From NCBI RefSeq assembly GCF_032191835.1, contig NC_083238.1, forward strand, positions 7,812,001 to 7,876,000: a stretch of 64,000 nt of DNA. The letters are read 5' to 3'. Source of the DNA: Heteronotia binoei (Eukaryota). The notes beneath the pieces were generated by a model. The model had not been told where the DNA came from, made no database searches, and was given only the letters and a program-made list of their open reading frames with translations. Below, one piece after another: positions 49,287 to 61,443 of this stretch (positions within the stretch are counted from its first letter, which is position 1; each line of letters opens with the position of its first letter). The translations under genes and the position numbers were made by a program.

Positions 49287-50302
49287 CAATGTTTCCCATT
49301 TGCAGGGTCGTGACCCGCTACCGGGTCACGAAAGCCTCACTACTGGGTCACAAGAAAAGCCAAAGCTAACCCCCAGCAAAGCATGACCTCTGCTCTGCTT
49401 CCTTCCTTCCTCCTTCTCTCTGTTGTGCAGAGAAAAGCTAGCCTTAAAGACTGACACAGGCTGCAAAGCCTGAGCTCCGTTTGGCTTCCTTCCTTCCCCC
49501 CATCTCTCTGTTGTGCAGAGAAAAGCTAGCCTTGAAGACTGACACAGGTTGCAAAGTCTGAGCTCTGTTTGGCTTCCTTCCCCCGTCTCTGTGTTGTGCA
49601 GAGAGGAGCTGGGCTGCCTCTCCTTCCTTCTCCCCCCCTCCCAGTGTTTGAGAGAAAAGCTGGCATCCACTGGCACTTTAGATCCATGAAGTGTTCTTCA
49701 AGGTATGAGCTTTCCTGTGCCTTGCAGTATGTTCTTTTGGGGCGATTTCCTTAGGAGGTCTGAGTGGCGAAGAAGGGTGTGTGTGTTTTTTCAGCCAGGA
49801 GGGGTGAGTAGTGGGCATTTCTGTAGCTATTTTTTTTTTTAACCAAATGACCCCTGGGCAGAATTGTTGCTGGCTGAGGTCATCTGATGGTGAGGAAGGC
49901 TTNNNNNNNNNNNNNNNNNNNNNNNNNNNNNNNNNNNNNNNNNNNNNNNNNNNNNNNNNNNNNNNNNNNNNNNNNNNNNNNNNNNNNNNNNNNNNNNNNN
50001 NNNNNNNNNNNNNNNNNNNNNNNNNNNNNNNNNNNNNNNNNNTGTCTGTATTCTTGGTGCTGGGAGGGGGGGAAGCAACAGTGGGAGGGCTTCTAGTGCC
50101 CTGTCCCCACTGGTGGACATTCTGGAAGTGACATCACAGGAAAAGGTGGAGTTTTGGTTCAGAAGTGACATCACTTGGTCCTTGACACCACAGGAAATGA
50201 CATAATTCCTGTCTCCTGGCTCCACCCCCAAATTTTAGTGGGTCACGAAGGAGAAGTGTAAAAATAACCGGGCCATAGGAAAGAAAAATTTGGGAAACCC
50301 TG
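49287..50302. mobile_element. hAT (Charlie-like) non-autonomous element spanning a gap, with internal ~90-bp tandem repeats at 49385-49600
   Basis: Ends CAATGTTTCCCA/TGGGAAACCCTG with a perfect 8-bp TSD GCATAGGC. Confidence 0.85.
49903..50042. other. Assembly gap (N run)
   Basis: Run of N. Confidence 1.
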
Positions 50303-52851
50303 GCATAGGCTGTTTAGCAGCACCTTTGCAGTTAGCAGAGTGAGGGCAAATGGAAAGGCTGATCTAAACTTTTGTTTAAAAGCTGTACAATAGCTTTAAT
50401 CGTCAGAGCATTGCCTTAAAAGAGGCTTTTGAACTATGGCTGAAACTAGTCAACCAACCCAAGATATTCATCCAGGGATTCCTGAGTATATCTAATTCAT
50501 ATTTGTCTGTTGTTATATGCCGTGGCTATGTACAAGCTGCATTCTCCTGATCTGTACAGCTAAAAGCCAAGTCTTGGAATCTTTTATCATGCATCCAGAT
50601 CCTCATAGCTTCAGCAGAAATCAACAGAACTGGAAGTAAGGTTAAGGAATAGCAGGGATTAAATGAAGCCTTGGTTTAGCTCCTTCTGATGCATAAACTC
50701 TAAAGGAAATTAAAGGAACATGCAAACTTTGGCATTCTACACATCAAATTTAGTGTCTAAACATCTGAATATTATTTATGCATAGACAGTCACTTCAGAA
50801 AAAAGTTAGGATGAAACCAGTAGACATGTTGGGTTCCCAACAACTGACTGACTATAGTTAAATGTTTGCCACAGAGATCCTGGACTGTCTATCTGCTGAT
50901 TCTTTAGCTGTATTTAAGCTATATACAGAAGGCACAGAAATTTGAATCCCCACTAAATGGAAGCAAGACACTGGGGTAGTTGAAGTGCTAAACCATTGCT
51001 AGGAACTACATAGAGGCACTCTGCACTTGTAGATTCGTTCGCCTATGCCCCGCTCCTTCCATATATTTTAATTCCATTCCATTTCAATTTAGTTACAAAT
51101 TTCCAATTTAGAGCAAACCATAGTTTACTATGCTATCCGAACCTACAAACTATGGTTAGTGCTTTTCCTCTTAATCAAGGTTGAAGATCACCTGTAAACC
51201 ATGATTTGAAATTATGGAGGCCAAGTGCAAACCATTGCTTAGAAGTAGCACTACTTTGCACTAACTTATTAATCAATACTTTGCACTAACTCTGCATTGC
51301 ACTAACTGATTAATCACTAACTCTGCATGGGAGGAGGGCTTGTACAAGGAGTGTCAAAACACAGAATGGCATTACATCAGAACCATGGAATTAAGAAGGA
51401 ATGATTAATGTAATATGAGGTATACTTTCCATTCAGCTCTCTTGGGTTCTTATACTTGGTTTCGTTCTGTGTTGTCATTTTCTCCCAAATTCACATAGGT
51501 TTGCTTCACCCCCTACTCACTTAAAAATGCAGTCCATTTGGAATTGGTGGAAATCAATGAATATAGCAAAATACATGATTATGGAATTATATAAGCAAAT
51601 ATAGCCAGCCTCTACTGGCTGCCACCACTCTGGTATGGGGTCAGTCTAGGAGAGCCCAGAGCACCCACCCAACCCCTGTACTCCTTCTTAACAAATTGCC
51701 TTCTATATGTGGCTGAAGGGACATGACCCAAGCAGTATAACAATGGCTTATTATAAGTACTCCAAAACAAGTGGTTTTTAAAAAACCTTTAGTGCAGCGG
51801 TGAAGATGAAAAGAGTAAAGGTTGGTGCAAATAAATAAAAGCCCCTACATGATTAGCTAAACCTTCCCACCCACAAATGCCAAAGACTCACCACCCCCTT
51901 TGGGTGAGGGATCTCTCTCCAGCTGCAGCCTTTTCCAGCCCAGCCTTTTCAAAGAGAACACTTCCCTGCAGGCCCATTGCCAGGATTTCTAAGGTCGGGG
52001 GGGGGGGGGTGCATGAAGAATGGTCGGGGGGGTGGGGGGCACTTAGCAGCTACCACCACCCAGCTAGCCAGCACAAACTTTTTTCTCCACTTCCCAGAAA
52101 AGAGAAGCAAAGCAGTAGCCCAGCTACAGGGTCTTCACCGCGCCGCTTCATCTCCTTCCTTCGGTTCTTTTCACTTGTCTTATTCCGCACCCCAGTTAAA
52201 AGTGATGTAATATGTGCTAACTGTTGATCATTTTACCGAAAGGTAAACTGCCCCAACCTGGATAGTTCAGGATAGCTTGCTACACAGAAGCAGGCAATGG
52301 CAAATGGCCTTGAAAACCCTACAGGGTTGCCACAATTCAGGTGCGACTTAATAGGGGGAGGGGAGGCTATTTCTCTGTACCATCATGCCACGGGGTACAA
52401 AGATACCTTTATCAATTTCTCATTAGTGTTGCTCTGCCCCCAGGCTTTGGTTTCCCCCCAGTGCAAGCAATCAATTTCCCACCAGTTGCTCCGTGGGTGC
52501 ATTTTGAAGCGTGTCTCCCTCCAGCTCCCCTCGCGGTTTCTTAATCCTTAAAAGACAGCATCACAAAGCACAAGGGGAACTGGAGGGAGCAGCACTTCAA
52601 AATCTGCCCACAGGGCAACTGGTTGGAAATCAATCACTTGCACCAGGGCAAACAGAATCCTGGGGGCACAGCAACACTAGTGAGAAACTGGTCCCTGTGT
52701 GAGTGTTAAAATGTCTGTCTGAGTCTCCAGGGCTTTTTTTGAGCAGGAATGCAGCTCTGGCTGGCTTAGTGACAGGGGTGTGGCCTAATATGCAAATGAG
52801 TTCCCGCTGGGCTTTTTCTACAAAAGCCTGGCACCGGCTGAGATGGGGCAA

Positions 52852-53013
52852 NNNNNNNNNNNNNNNNNNNNNNNNNNNNNNNNNNNNNNNNNNNNNNNNN
52901 NNNNNNNNNNNNNNNNNNNNNNNNNNNNNNNNNNNNNNNNNNNNNNNNNNNNNNNNNNNNNNNNNNNNNNNNNNNNNNNNNNNNNNNNNNNNNNNNNNNN
53001 NNNNNNNNNNNNN
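52852..53013. other. Assembly gap (N run)
   Basis: Run of N. Confidence 1.
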
Positions 53014-53989
53014 TATTATTTCATAAATATGTATGTTTAAGCTCTGTGATTACCTTATATTTCTTTCATGATTTTTTTTTAAAAAAAAATTCCCGTTTTT
53101 GGGACCCAAGTTCATGAATTTTTACATGGACAAATGCTAGTTAATTATTACCAGTATAAATGGAACAAAATTGATTAGCAATGTCTAACTCTTTTAAAGA
53201 TCAGCTAGTAATTGATCTGTGGATGGCCTTAACCACATAATCACAATTAGCAACATTAGCATGAGAGAGCAAATCTCAGTGAAATCAAGACTCCAAGTTG
53301 TTTCCTCTGGTATTTTCAGCATTGTTTTATATTCTCTTGATTGCCTTGTGAATCTTTATATCTTTTTCATTCTGATTAATTACCCTTCTATGATATATTA
53401 TCTTACATTTAGCCAAAAGCCAGCTGCTCTTAAACATACTTTTCCTGTGGAGAGTTAACAGTTTCTCCTTACGCAGAGGACACTTGGCTCTTCTAGGAGA
53501 TTTCACTTGCATCCAATGTCAGTTTCAGGATTTTGCCAAGGGTCTTAAAGTATTCACCAATGCCACCTGTAACTGAGCATGGTTGAAAAAGCATGAGAGG
53601 GTGCTGACTGTGACTCCCTCTACACCCTCCCGCTGTTGACTCCATCATGTGGCAAGGGTACAAATAAACAAAACCCAGTGTATAGTAGTGAAGAGGATTC
53701 TGCAGGCTTGTCTCTATTACCAATGATAGAGAGGACAAAGGAATGTGCAGAGGCTCCTTCTCCTCCTGGGTACTGCTCTCCAGCACTGTGAGGGTGTGAC
53801 AGGGGAAACTGTTCTACTAAGCACTTCCCTGGAACAATCACCCTGTCATTGCTTCAGTTGTCAAAATTTACATTTCAGAAAATGGCACAGTAGGCACAGG
53901 TAGCAATTTATAACAAGTTTTTGGTTTATTTACTGGCAGGGAAGGGATGTAATATTTACATTGGTTTGTAAGATTTAGAGGATGTGGGT

Positions 53990-54446
53990 CAGGGGTGTCG
54001 AACTAATTTGTTATGAGGGCCAGATCAGACATACCTATTTAAGATTAGGGAGCAGAGATATAAACTTTATAAAGGACACAGACAAACACAATTAGTTTTT
54101 TTTAAAAAAACCCTTAAAATATACTTAAAACATTAGCACTTGGTCTTAAAGGTGCTTTCTTTGTATTTCTCCCATGGGATCCAGGGAACTGGGCAAAGGA
54201 AGCTCTGGCTCTTTCCTTCATTCCTTAGGGGACTAGGAGGGAGAGAAGCCTCAGCCAATAGAAGGAAAAGAGGCTTGGCTCAGTAGCTCTGCTGTACAAT
54301 TGAGAGAGCCTGGCAAAGCAAGCTGTTATGCAGAAGGAAGCAAGAGAGATAGAGAAGGAAGCAGATGACAGCCAATTGCTCAGGGGGCTGATAGAAGCCT
54401 TCTGGGGGCCTGATTTGGCTCCCAGGCCGCAAGTTTGACACCCCTG
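53990..54446. mobile_element. hAT MITE (CAGGGGTGTC TIRs)
   Basis: CAGGGGTGTCGAACT ... AGTTTGACACCCCTG. No matching TSD recognised. Confidence 0.7.
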
Positions 54447-55026
54447 AGTAGACAGACAGTTAAAACTGAACACAGAACTAGGTCTGAGGTTACTGACTTC
54501 ACAAGATATAGTGTTACCCTTCAGTTGGTTTAACTTTCACTGAAGGTATCATTGATGTTAAAGGTTTATCTTTTTAATAACTGTTCTAGATTTCTGAGTA
54601 ACTTTCCCACTTTCTAATCACACAATATTGAGTGTATCCTGCTTTGTCCCTTGGGTTATATGACTAAGGTCTTTCCACTAGACCTCTTTCTCTGGTAAGA
54701 TTGTTACTATCTTCCCTTGAAGATAAATAACCTGTGCCTTTGGAACCTTTCTAAGGACCTTTCACTGACACCTCAAAATGTTTTGCCAAAGCCTGATCTA
54801 CCAGACTTCCAGTATTTTCACCCTTGAACAATAAGCTTAATACAGGAAACTGTTTTCCTTCTCAATATGTGGTTCTGTGTTTTACACATACAGAGATGGT
54901 TCTTAACTCCTAGGAACAGCCTCCCACCAGAGTTTCCACTATTCCAAGCCACTCCACATGGGCTCTGAATCAGACTCTGCTTTGTGTTTCCTCAGAAGCT
55001 GAACTCAACCTTTCTTCTATAGCAGA

Positions 55027-56055
55027 TGTAACGGACTCAGGCAGTTAGCCTGGAAGCTGGGAACAGCTTGCATGGATTGGCTGGGCCGCAGCTATGGTTT
55101 CGAGAATGTGTCAAATTCCAAAGAGGCTTGCAGGGAAGAAAAATGCCTCAGAGTTTAGTTAATGCCTCAGAGTTTAGTTAAGTTTTAGTACTGGAACAGT
55201 TCAGTTCAGTCTGAGCACTGGAAGAGTGCAGTCTGAGTACTGGAAGAGTTCAGTCTTGGTACTTATGCTGATCAGTTGTGTAAAGCAACTGGAAAGGAGC
55301 TGAGAACAGCCTGTGGGTTGAGTTCCTTGGGAGACAGAATGAAGTTAAAGTTTCTGTCAGGGAGAGAGTTATTGGGTAGAAGGGGGGGCAAAGCCAAGCA
55401 CCTTCTCTGTGAAGAAACTTTCTGAGGATCTCTGTCACCGTATTAGGGCAGACTCTTGGTCCAGTCTAGAACACTCAAACACACACCACAAAAGACTAGA
55501 TTCTTGTGGCCAAGAAAAGTCCTAAGAAGAACAGACTGGGATTCTACCTGGGTGGGACACACAGGATTGAGGAGCTGGTTATAGCACTAATAAGGTGTGA
55601 GTCTTGTATGCTAGTGGGTGAGTCTGTGAGGGAGTATTTATCTGGCACATGTCAGAAGTCCTCAGGGTGTATGGCAAAGAGTGTGTGGCTGTCTATTTTT
55701 ATGATTTAAGAAGCCCAAGGTTAGGGGGATAATCCCATCTCTACATAGTGTCGCTAGTGCCAAATAAGCACTGCCTGCCTGTTCAAAGGGTTTTTTTTGT
55801 ATATTTTATTAAGCCTGCCAATGTTTTATATTTTAACCTAACTCAGCCTGACAAACCTCTGATGATCAGAGACTGTCTTTACAGTTGAACTTCTACCTGC
55901 TGACTTGTTTAGAACAACTAATTAATATTATTTTACTCCTTCACTTGCTTTTTGTGATCCAATAAATATTCTTTGCGGTTTTGACTTTAAAACGTCTGGT
56001 GCCTAGTTTATATTTCTAACTGGATTTCTCTGTGTGTGCCTGAGGGAAGGTGACA
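55027..56055 (+). mobile_element. Solo LTR (~1.03 kb)
   Basis: TGTAAC...GTGACA termini, short tandem repeats in the U3-like part, and AATAAA at ~55961 followed by a T-rich U5-like tail. TSD degenerate. Confidence 0.6.
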
Positions 56056-56454
56056 GGAAAAATTCAGAGTGGTCACCCTCCCAAGCTGACCCTGACTGGT
56101 TCCTCACAGCAGAGCATATACCCATCAATTAAATGAGGGATAATCAGGCCTCAGATTCAGTGGAAGCTCACAGGAGTGCAGCTCCTGAACCTTTCTGAGA
56201 ATTCCACCTCCTCCTGAGAGTTGCACCTCCTTGTCCATTGAATAGTAGGTGCTGAAGTATAACAATCCCTGGATAGCTCCACCACCGATTTTTCTACAAA
56301 ACGACCCCTGGGGATAATGCACGTGTGACACAGAGAGAGAGAGAGAGAGAGAGCAGTGCTCTAGGTATTACTGTGTTCACTTCAAAGACCATAATGCCGG
56401 TACACTTGAACTGATTATGCAAAGCATTTGAGTCATTTTCACTGTTGATATACT

Positions 56455-58270
56455 AACTCTGACGCGACCTTCCCGCCATAGTTGATACAGTAAAAGAACG
56501 TGGGGCACTGAGCACGTCTTCTGGTCCAATTTTGGATTCTTTCAGCCCACTCAGCCTGGAGGAAGTCGACAGGAACCTTTTGGCTGTACGCCCTACGACT
56601 TGTAGGTTGGATCTGTGCCCGTCCTGGCTTATAAAAGCTAGCCAGACGTGGCTACGTGACCCACTACAAGGTATTGTCAACAGATCCCTGGTAGAAGGGA
56701 TCTTTCCCACACCTCTTAAAGAGGCAGTGGTCTGTCCCCTCTTAAAAAAACCATCTGCAGATCCGGCCGCATTGGCAAATTATCAGCCGGTATCAAACCT
56801 TCCCTTTTTGGGTAAGGTTATAGAGCGGGCGGTGGCAACTCAGCTACAGGGATTCCTGGAGGACACTTTTGCACTGGATCTATTCCAGTCCGGCTTTCGA
56901 CCAGGTCATGGGACGGAGACAGTTCTTGTCACTCTCATAGATGACCTCATGCAACATCTGGATCAGGGTGGCTCAGCAGTGCTGTTGTTATTAGATCTGT
57001 CAGCTGCTTTTGATACGGTTGACCATCAGCTACTGACTAGCCGCCTTGCCAATGTGGGGATTCAGGGGTCTGCCTTACAGTGGTTGACCTCCTTTCTCCA
57101 AGATCGGGGACAAAGGGTGGTGATAGGGGAGGAAGCATCCCAGAGGCACTCTCTCAGTTGTGGGGTGCCACAGGGAGCAGTCCTATCCCCGATGCTATTT
57201 AATATCTATATGCGCCCCCTTGCCCAGATTGTCAGGAGGTATGGACTGGGTTGTCATCAATATACAGATGACACCCAGCTCTATCTATTGATGGGCGGCC
57301 AGTCTGAATGTACCCCGGAAAATCTAGACCTGGCTCTACAAGCCGTGGCATCTTGGCTCAGACTGAGCCGACTGAAATTGAATCCGACGAAGATGGAGGT
57401 TCTCTATCTGAGCCGGAGTGGTCCGGGGGGGGGGTTCATCTGCCAGCTCTTGACGGGCATGCTCCTTGAGTCCTCCTTTACAATGGAGGCCCAGGTAGCG
57501 GCCACAGTTAGATCTGCCTTTTTCCACCTTTGGCGGGCACGGCAGCTGGCCCCGTTCCTGGAGCACAATGACTTAGCAATGGTGATCCATGCTACAGTCA
57601 CCTCAAGAATAGATTACTGTAATGCTCTCTACATAGGGCTACCCTTGGTGCTAACCTGGAGACTTCAGCTAGTACAGAACGCTGCGGCGCGGCTGTTAAT
57701 GAGACTCCTTCAATGGGAGCACATTCAGCCAGTGCTGAAAGAGCTGCACTGGCTTCCTGTTGTGTTCCGAGTTCGTTTCAAGGTGTTGGTGTTGACCTTT
57801 AAAGCCCTTTATGGTCAGGGACCTGTCTATCTGCGGGACCGCCTTTCTCCGCATATTCCCCAGAGAGCACTGCATTCAGGGACAAAAAATCTATTGTCCA
57901 TCCCTGGACCAAAAGAAGCCAGGTTGTGTACGACACGAGCCAGGGCCTTCTCGGTGGCAGCGCCAGGACTCTGGAACGCTCTCCCGGAGGCCATAAGGAC
58001 CCTGCAGGATTTGTCTACATTCCGCAGGGCCTGTAAGACCGAATTGTTCCGACAGGCCACTGGACATCATATAGAGCTCCATGCAGAGTACCGATGGTCA
58101 CCATCAAACTTTCTGAACCACTATACTGTACTGTATTAATACAGCATCATGAAATGTTTTAAATAATTTAAGTATGTAATTATGTTTTATATGTTTTATT
58201 GGTTTTTAATGGAAGTAATGTGAAGTTGTGAGCCACCCTGAGTCCGCTTGCGGAGAGGGCGGGATATAAG
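56455..58270 (+). mobile_element. 5'-truncated L2-clade LINE
   Basis: Contains the RT ORF below and ends in the L2-type tail gagccaccctgagtccgcttgcggagagggcgggatataa. Confidence 0.93.
56532..58139 (+). CDS. L2 LINE ORF2 fragment: reverse transcriptase domain, no endonuclease, probably defective
   Basis: Motifs FP..LKEAVV.PLLKKP, NY(Q)PVSNLPFLGKVIE, QSGFRPGHGTET, LLDLSAAFDTVDH, GVPQGAVLSPMLFNIYM, YTDDTQLY, RIDYCN and LHWLP. Confidence 0.9.
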   Translation: MDSFSPLSLEEVDRNLLAVRPTTCRLDLCPSWLIKASQTWLRDPLQGIVNRSLVEGIFPTPLKEAVVCPLLKKPSADPAALANYQPVSNLPFLGKVIERAVATQLQGFLEDTFALDLFQSGFRPGHGTETVLVTLIDDLMQHLDQGGSAVLLLLDLSAAFDTVDHQLLTSRLANVGIQGSALQWLTSFLQDRGQRVVIGEEASQRHSLSCGVPQGAVLSPMLFNIYMRPLAQIVRRYGLGCHQYTDDTQLYLLMGGQSECTPENLDLALQAVASWLRLSRLKLNPTKMEVLYLSRSGPGGGFICQLLTGMLLESSFTMEAQVAATVRSAFFHLWRARQLAPFLEHNDLAMVIHATVTSRIDYCNALYIGLPLVLTWRLQLVQNAAARLLMRLLQWEHIQPVLKELHWLPVVFRVRFKVLVLTFKALYGQGPVYLRDRLSPHIPQRALHSGTKNLLSIPGPKEARLCTTRARAFSVAAPGLWNALPEAIRTLQDLSTFRRACKTELFRQATGHHIELHAEYRWSPSNFLNHYTVLY

Positions 58271-58374
58271 CTTAACTCAAATTTCACCCAAATTAGCATT
58301 AGGTAACCATTTTTGAAATGCTGTTAATGTTCTAGAGACAGCTGGAGCAAAGCAACTGGCAAAGTTGTTGTTTC

Positions 58375-58545
58375 TGAGGGTAGCTGCATTACTCTGCAAT
58401 AGAAGAGTTAGATTCAAGTTCAGGAACTCTCAGTGACTAAAAAGGGTATACAGGATTAAAAGCTTTTGAGAGCCTGACGAAGGGAGCTTTGATTCTCTAA
58501 AGCTTATACCCAGAAATCTTGTTGGTCTCTAAGCTGCTATTGAAG
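58375..58545 (+). mobile_element. Degenerate Penelope-related short repeat with a mutated hammerhead core
   Basis: CTGACGA-agggagctttgattctc-TAAA-gctta at 58474-58506 (GAAA changed to TAAA). Confidence 0.55.
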
Positions 58546-59541
58546 TTGCAGAGAATCTTCCATCATTTTTGCATTTTCAGAGTCTACTCTCCTACCCGCA
58601 CTTTAACAGCAAAACTGATTATTCTGCTGTAGCCAGCAAATAACCTCAATTAGAATAGAAGTTACATGCACTTTATCTTCCCTTGACTAAAATGACCTTT
58701 GAATAACTAAGGTAAAACTTTTAATTAAAATTGTGAGCTGCTTTTTAGCTTGCTCGTATAATATAAACGTTTGTATGCGGTTTCACTGCTTTTGAAGTAC
58801 AAAAAGTGTGTTAAAGCTCACAACAGGTTCTAAAATATTCATTCTTTTCTGTGGGTAATATGAATTCTCATATAGGTTTGATCTTCAATTCACATTTTTC
58901 ACATAAAATATACTTGTGTGAAAAGTCTATTTCTTTGTTTCTACATTGTTTTATGTTATGGTGCTTTCATTTTGCAAAACTACTGAAAGACTGGGTTCAT
59001 TATAACAAATTGATTAATGAGTGAAATATGTCTGTTTCCACTTGACAAGCAATAAACTGTACTGTTGGAGAAATGCATTTGTTTGTATTTATTGCTTATA
59101 AGCAGCATTGGTCTGAAGTTAAATGTATGGTGAAGTTAAATAAATATAGATATCCCTCGGACTGTAATTCATTGTGCATAGTCCCCAAAGAAATTAATAA
59201 ATTTGCTGTATGGATATGGGCACTTTCCTTATATAAGCATGAATTATATTGATGCAAAGTTGCCTAGGGTTACCTTTTATGCAGCTACTTTACTCTAGGT
59301 TTATGCAGACAATCCTCATTTCAGTACATTTTTCTTTCTATCGATCTTTTTTTAAAAAAAGGATTTCTTCTTACTTCAGTGCATCATATAGCACCACAGA
59401 AAATTAATGAGCATGCCTCATTTTAAAAATACTTCAGCTACCAGATCTCTGAAGTGTCAAACAAGTCTAATACTTGTGTTTACCAAGGCTGCTAGAGTTC
59501 AAAGTGATACAATGAATAATTGGCTATAAAACCCATAAACC

Positions 59542-59723
59542 CAGAGCTTTTTTGGTAGCAGGGACTCCTTTGTATATTAGACTACACCCTCCTGATGTAG
59601 CCAATCCTCCAAGAGCTTACAGTAGGCCCTGTAAGAACAGCCCTGTAAGCTCTTGGAAGATTGGCTACATCAGGGGTGTGTGGCCTAATATGCAAAGGAG
59701 TTCCTGCTACAAAAAAAGCCCTG
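59542..59723. mobile_element. Palindromic hAT MITE
   Basis: CAGAGCTTTTTTGGTAGCAGG ... CCTGCTACAAAAAAAGCCCTG with TSD CATAAACC/CATAAATC. Confidence 0.88.
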
Positions 59724-59887
59724 CATAAATCTATTGTTGATTCCAAGCACAATCAGTCTGATCCAGCCAGGAGTGCACATGGGCTAGGAAACTGGCTTCC
59801 ATACACACAGCTAGATGAGGAAGTCACATATGCAAACAGATGCCGCATGTGACATTCCCAGGGCTATGGGAATGTACCTCTGTCAAA

Positions 59888-60679
59888 TAGGCTTCCCAAA
59901 CCTCCCGCTCTGGCGGGAGACTTCTGGGTTCCCAGCTTCATCTCCTGCTCTCCAAAAATTGGGAAGCGGGGGGTGGGGGGTGGAGGGGGGGGAGAACATA
60001 CCTGTAGGCTTCATGCTGTTAGCTCCTGAGCAGTTTGTAAAATGCCTGCTCCTTTAACGCTGGGCAGGAAGGAGGAAACAGGAAGGGCTTCGCTTCGGAG
60101 AACGGCCCCTCCCTTTCTTTGCTTTAGTTTTCACAGCAGGCAGAGGGAAGAAGACCCGGTAAGTATTTGTGTGTGTGAGAGAGGGAGGGGGGATTCCCTG
60201 GTATGGAGGCCCTTCCCCCCCTTTAGAAAGCATGGGGGGGAGGGAAATGTCTACTAGGCACTCTATTATTCCCTATGGAGAACAATTCCCATAGGGAATA
60301 ATAGGGAATTGATCCGTGGGTATTGGGGGCTCTGGGGGGGCAATTTTTTGAGGTAGAGGCACCAGATTTTTAGTATAGCATCTAGTGCCTCTCCCCAAAA
60401 TACCCCCCAAGTTTCAAAACGATTGGACCAGAGGGTCCAATTATATGAGCCCCAAAAGACAGTGCCCCTATCCTTAATTATTTCCTATGGAAGAAAGGCA
60501 TTTAAAAAGGTGAGCTGTCCCTTTAAATGTGATGGCCAGAACTCCCTTGGAGTTCAATTATGCTTGTCACATCCTTGTTCCTGGCTCCACCCCCAATGTC
60601 TCCTGGCCCCACCCCCAAAGTCTCCTGGCTCCGCCCCCAAAGTCCCCAGATTTTTCTTTAATTGGACTTGGCAACCCTA
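59888..60679. mobile_element. hAT MITE (TAGGCTTCCC/TAGGGTTGCC ends), long variant
   Basis: Perfect 8-bp TSD CTGTCAAA. The right ~400 bp is the reverse complement of the 17221/22738 core. Confidence 0.92.
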
Positions 60680-61273
60680 CTGTCAAATAAATTACCATCA
60701 AACAGCCATTCAACTAGATTTCATTTCCCCTTAACAAACAGATGTAATTGTTGCTTGTTCAACAGGAATTTGAATGCAATGAGTTGGAGCTGGGCCATTA
60801 CATGAACATGGGCTCCATATTTTAAAAATGGGACCTGCATTTGCATTGAACTCAAGACACATCCACACAATAAATAGCCTTCTCATCCACGGCCTTGTCA
60901 GCTGAAGTATTTTGTTCAGCTTCGTTCTTTAGATGCATCTGAAGTAGCACTTGACAGGCTAGGTGAACCCACAAATCCCCTCTCAAAGGCCTTTGCTTAA
61001 AAAAAAAAAAGCCAGAGGAGGTATCACGGTGATATCCCTTGGAACATGCGGGATCCAGTTCCCTTCCTGATAGGTCCTGCTCCCTTACAGGCTCCCCCCC
61101 CCCAACTCCTTTCATGTCATTGTTTTGCTGCACAGGAACAGAAGAATATGTATGATGCACTTGGGTATAATAGTATAACCGACTATTCCTATACCAAATC
61201 TTAGTGCCGGCACAAATGTCTGTCCTAGTTATAGTGTCACTCTACTCTTCATTGAGTTGAGTTGAATCCAGAT

Positions 61274-61443
61274 CAGGGGTGGAATTCTAGCAGGAGCTCC
61301 TTTGCATATTAGGCAACACACACCTGATGTAGCCAATCTTTCAAAAGCTTACAAAGAAGAGCCTTCTAAGCTCTTGGAGGATTGACTATATCAGGGGTGT
61401 GTGGCCTAATATGAAAAGGAGCTCCTGCTAGAATTCCACTCTG
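61274..61443. mobile_element. Palindromic hAT MITE (CAGGGGTGGAATTC ends, same core as 59542)
   Basis: CAGGGGTGGAATTCTAGCAGGAGCTCC ... GGAGCTCCTGCTAGAATTCCACTCTG with TSD ATCCAGAT/ATCCAGAC. Confidence 0.88.

Noticed and set aside
53493-53850. Protein-like ORFs on both strands in unique DNA
   Set aside because: Bounded by stops, without convincing splice sites or recognisable motifs.
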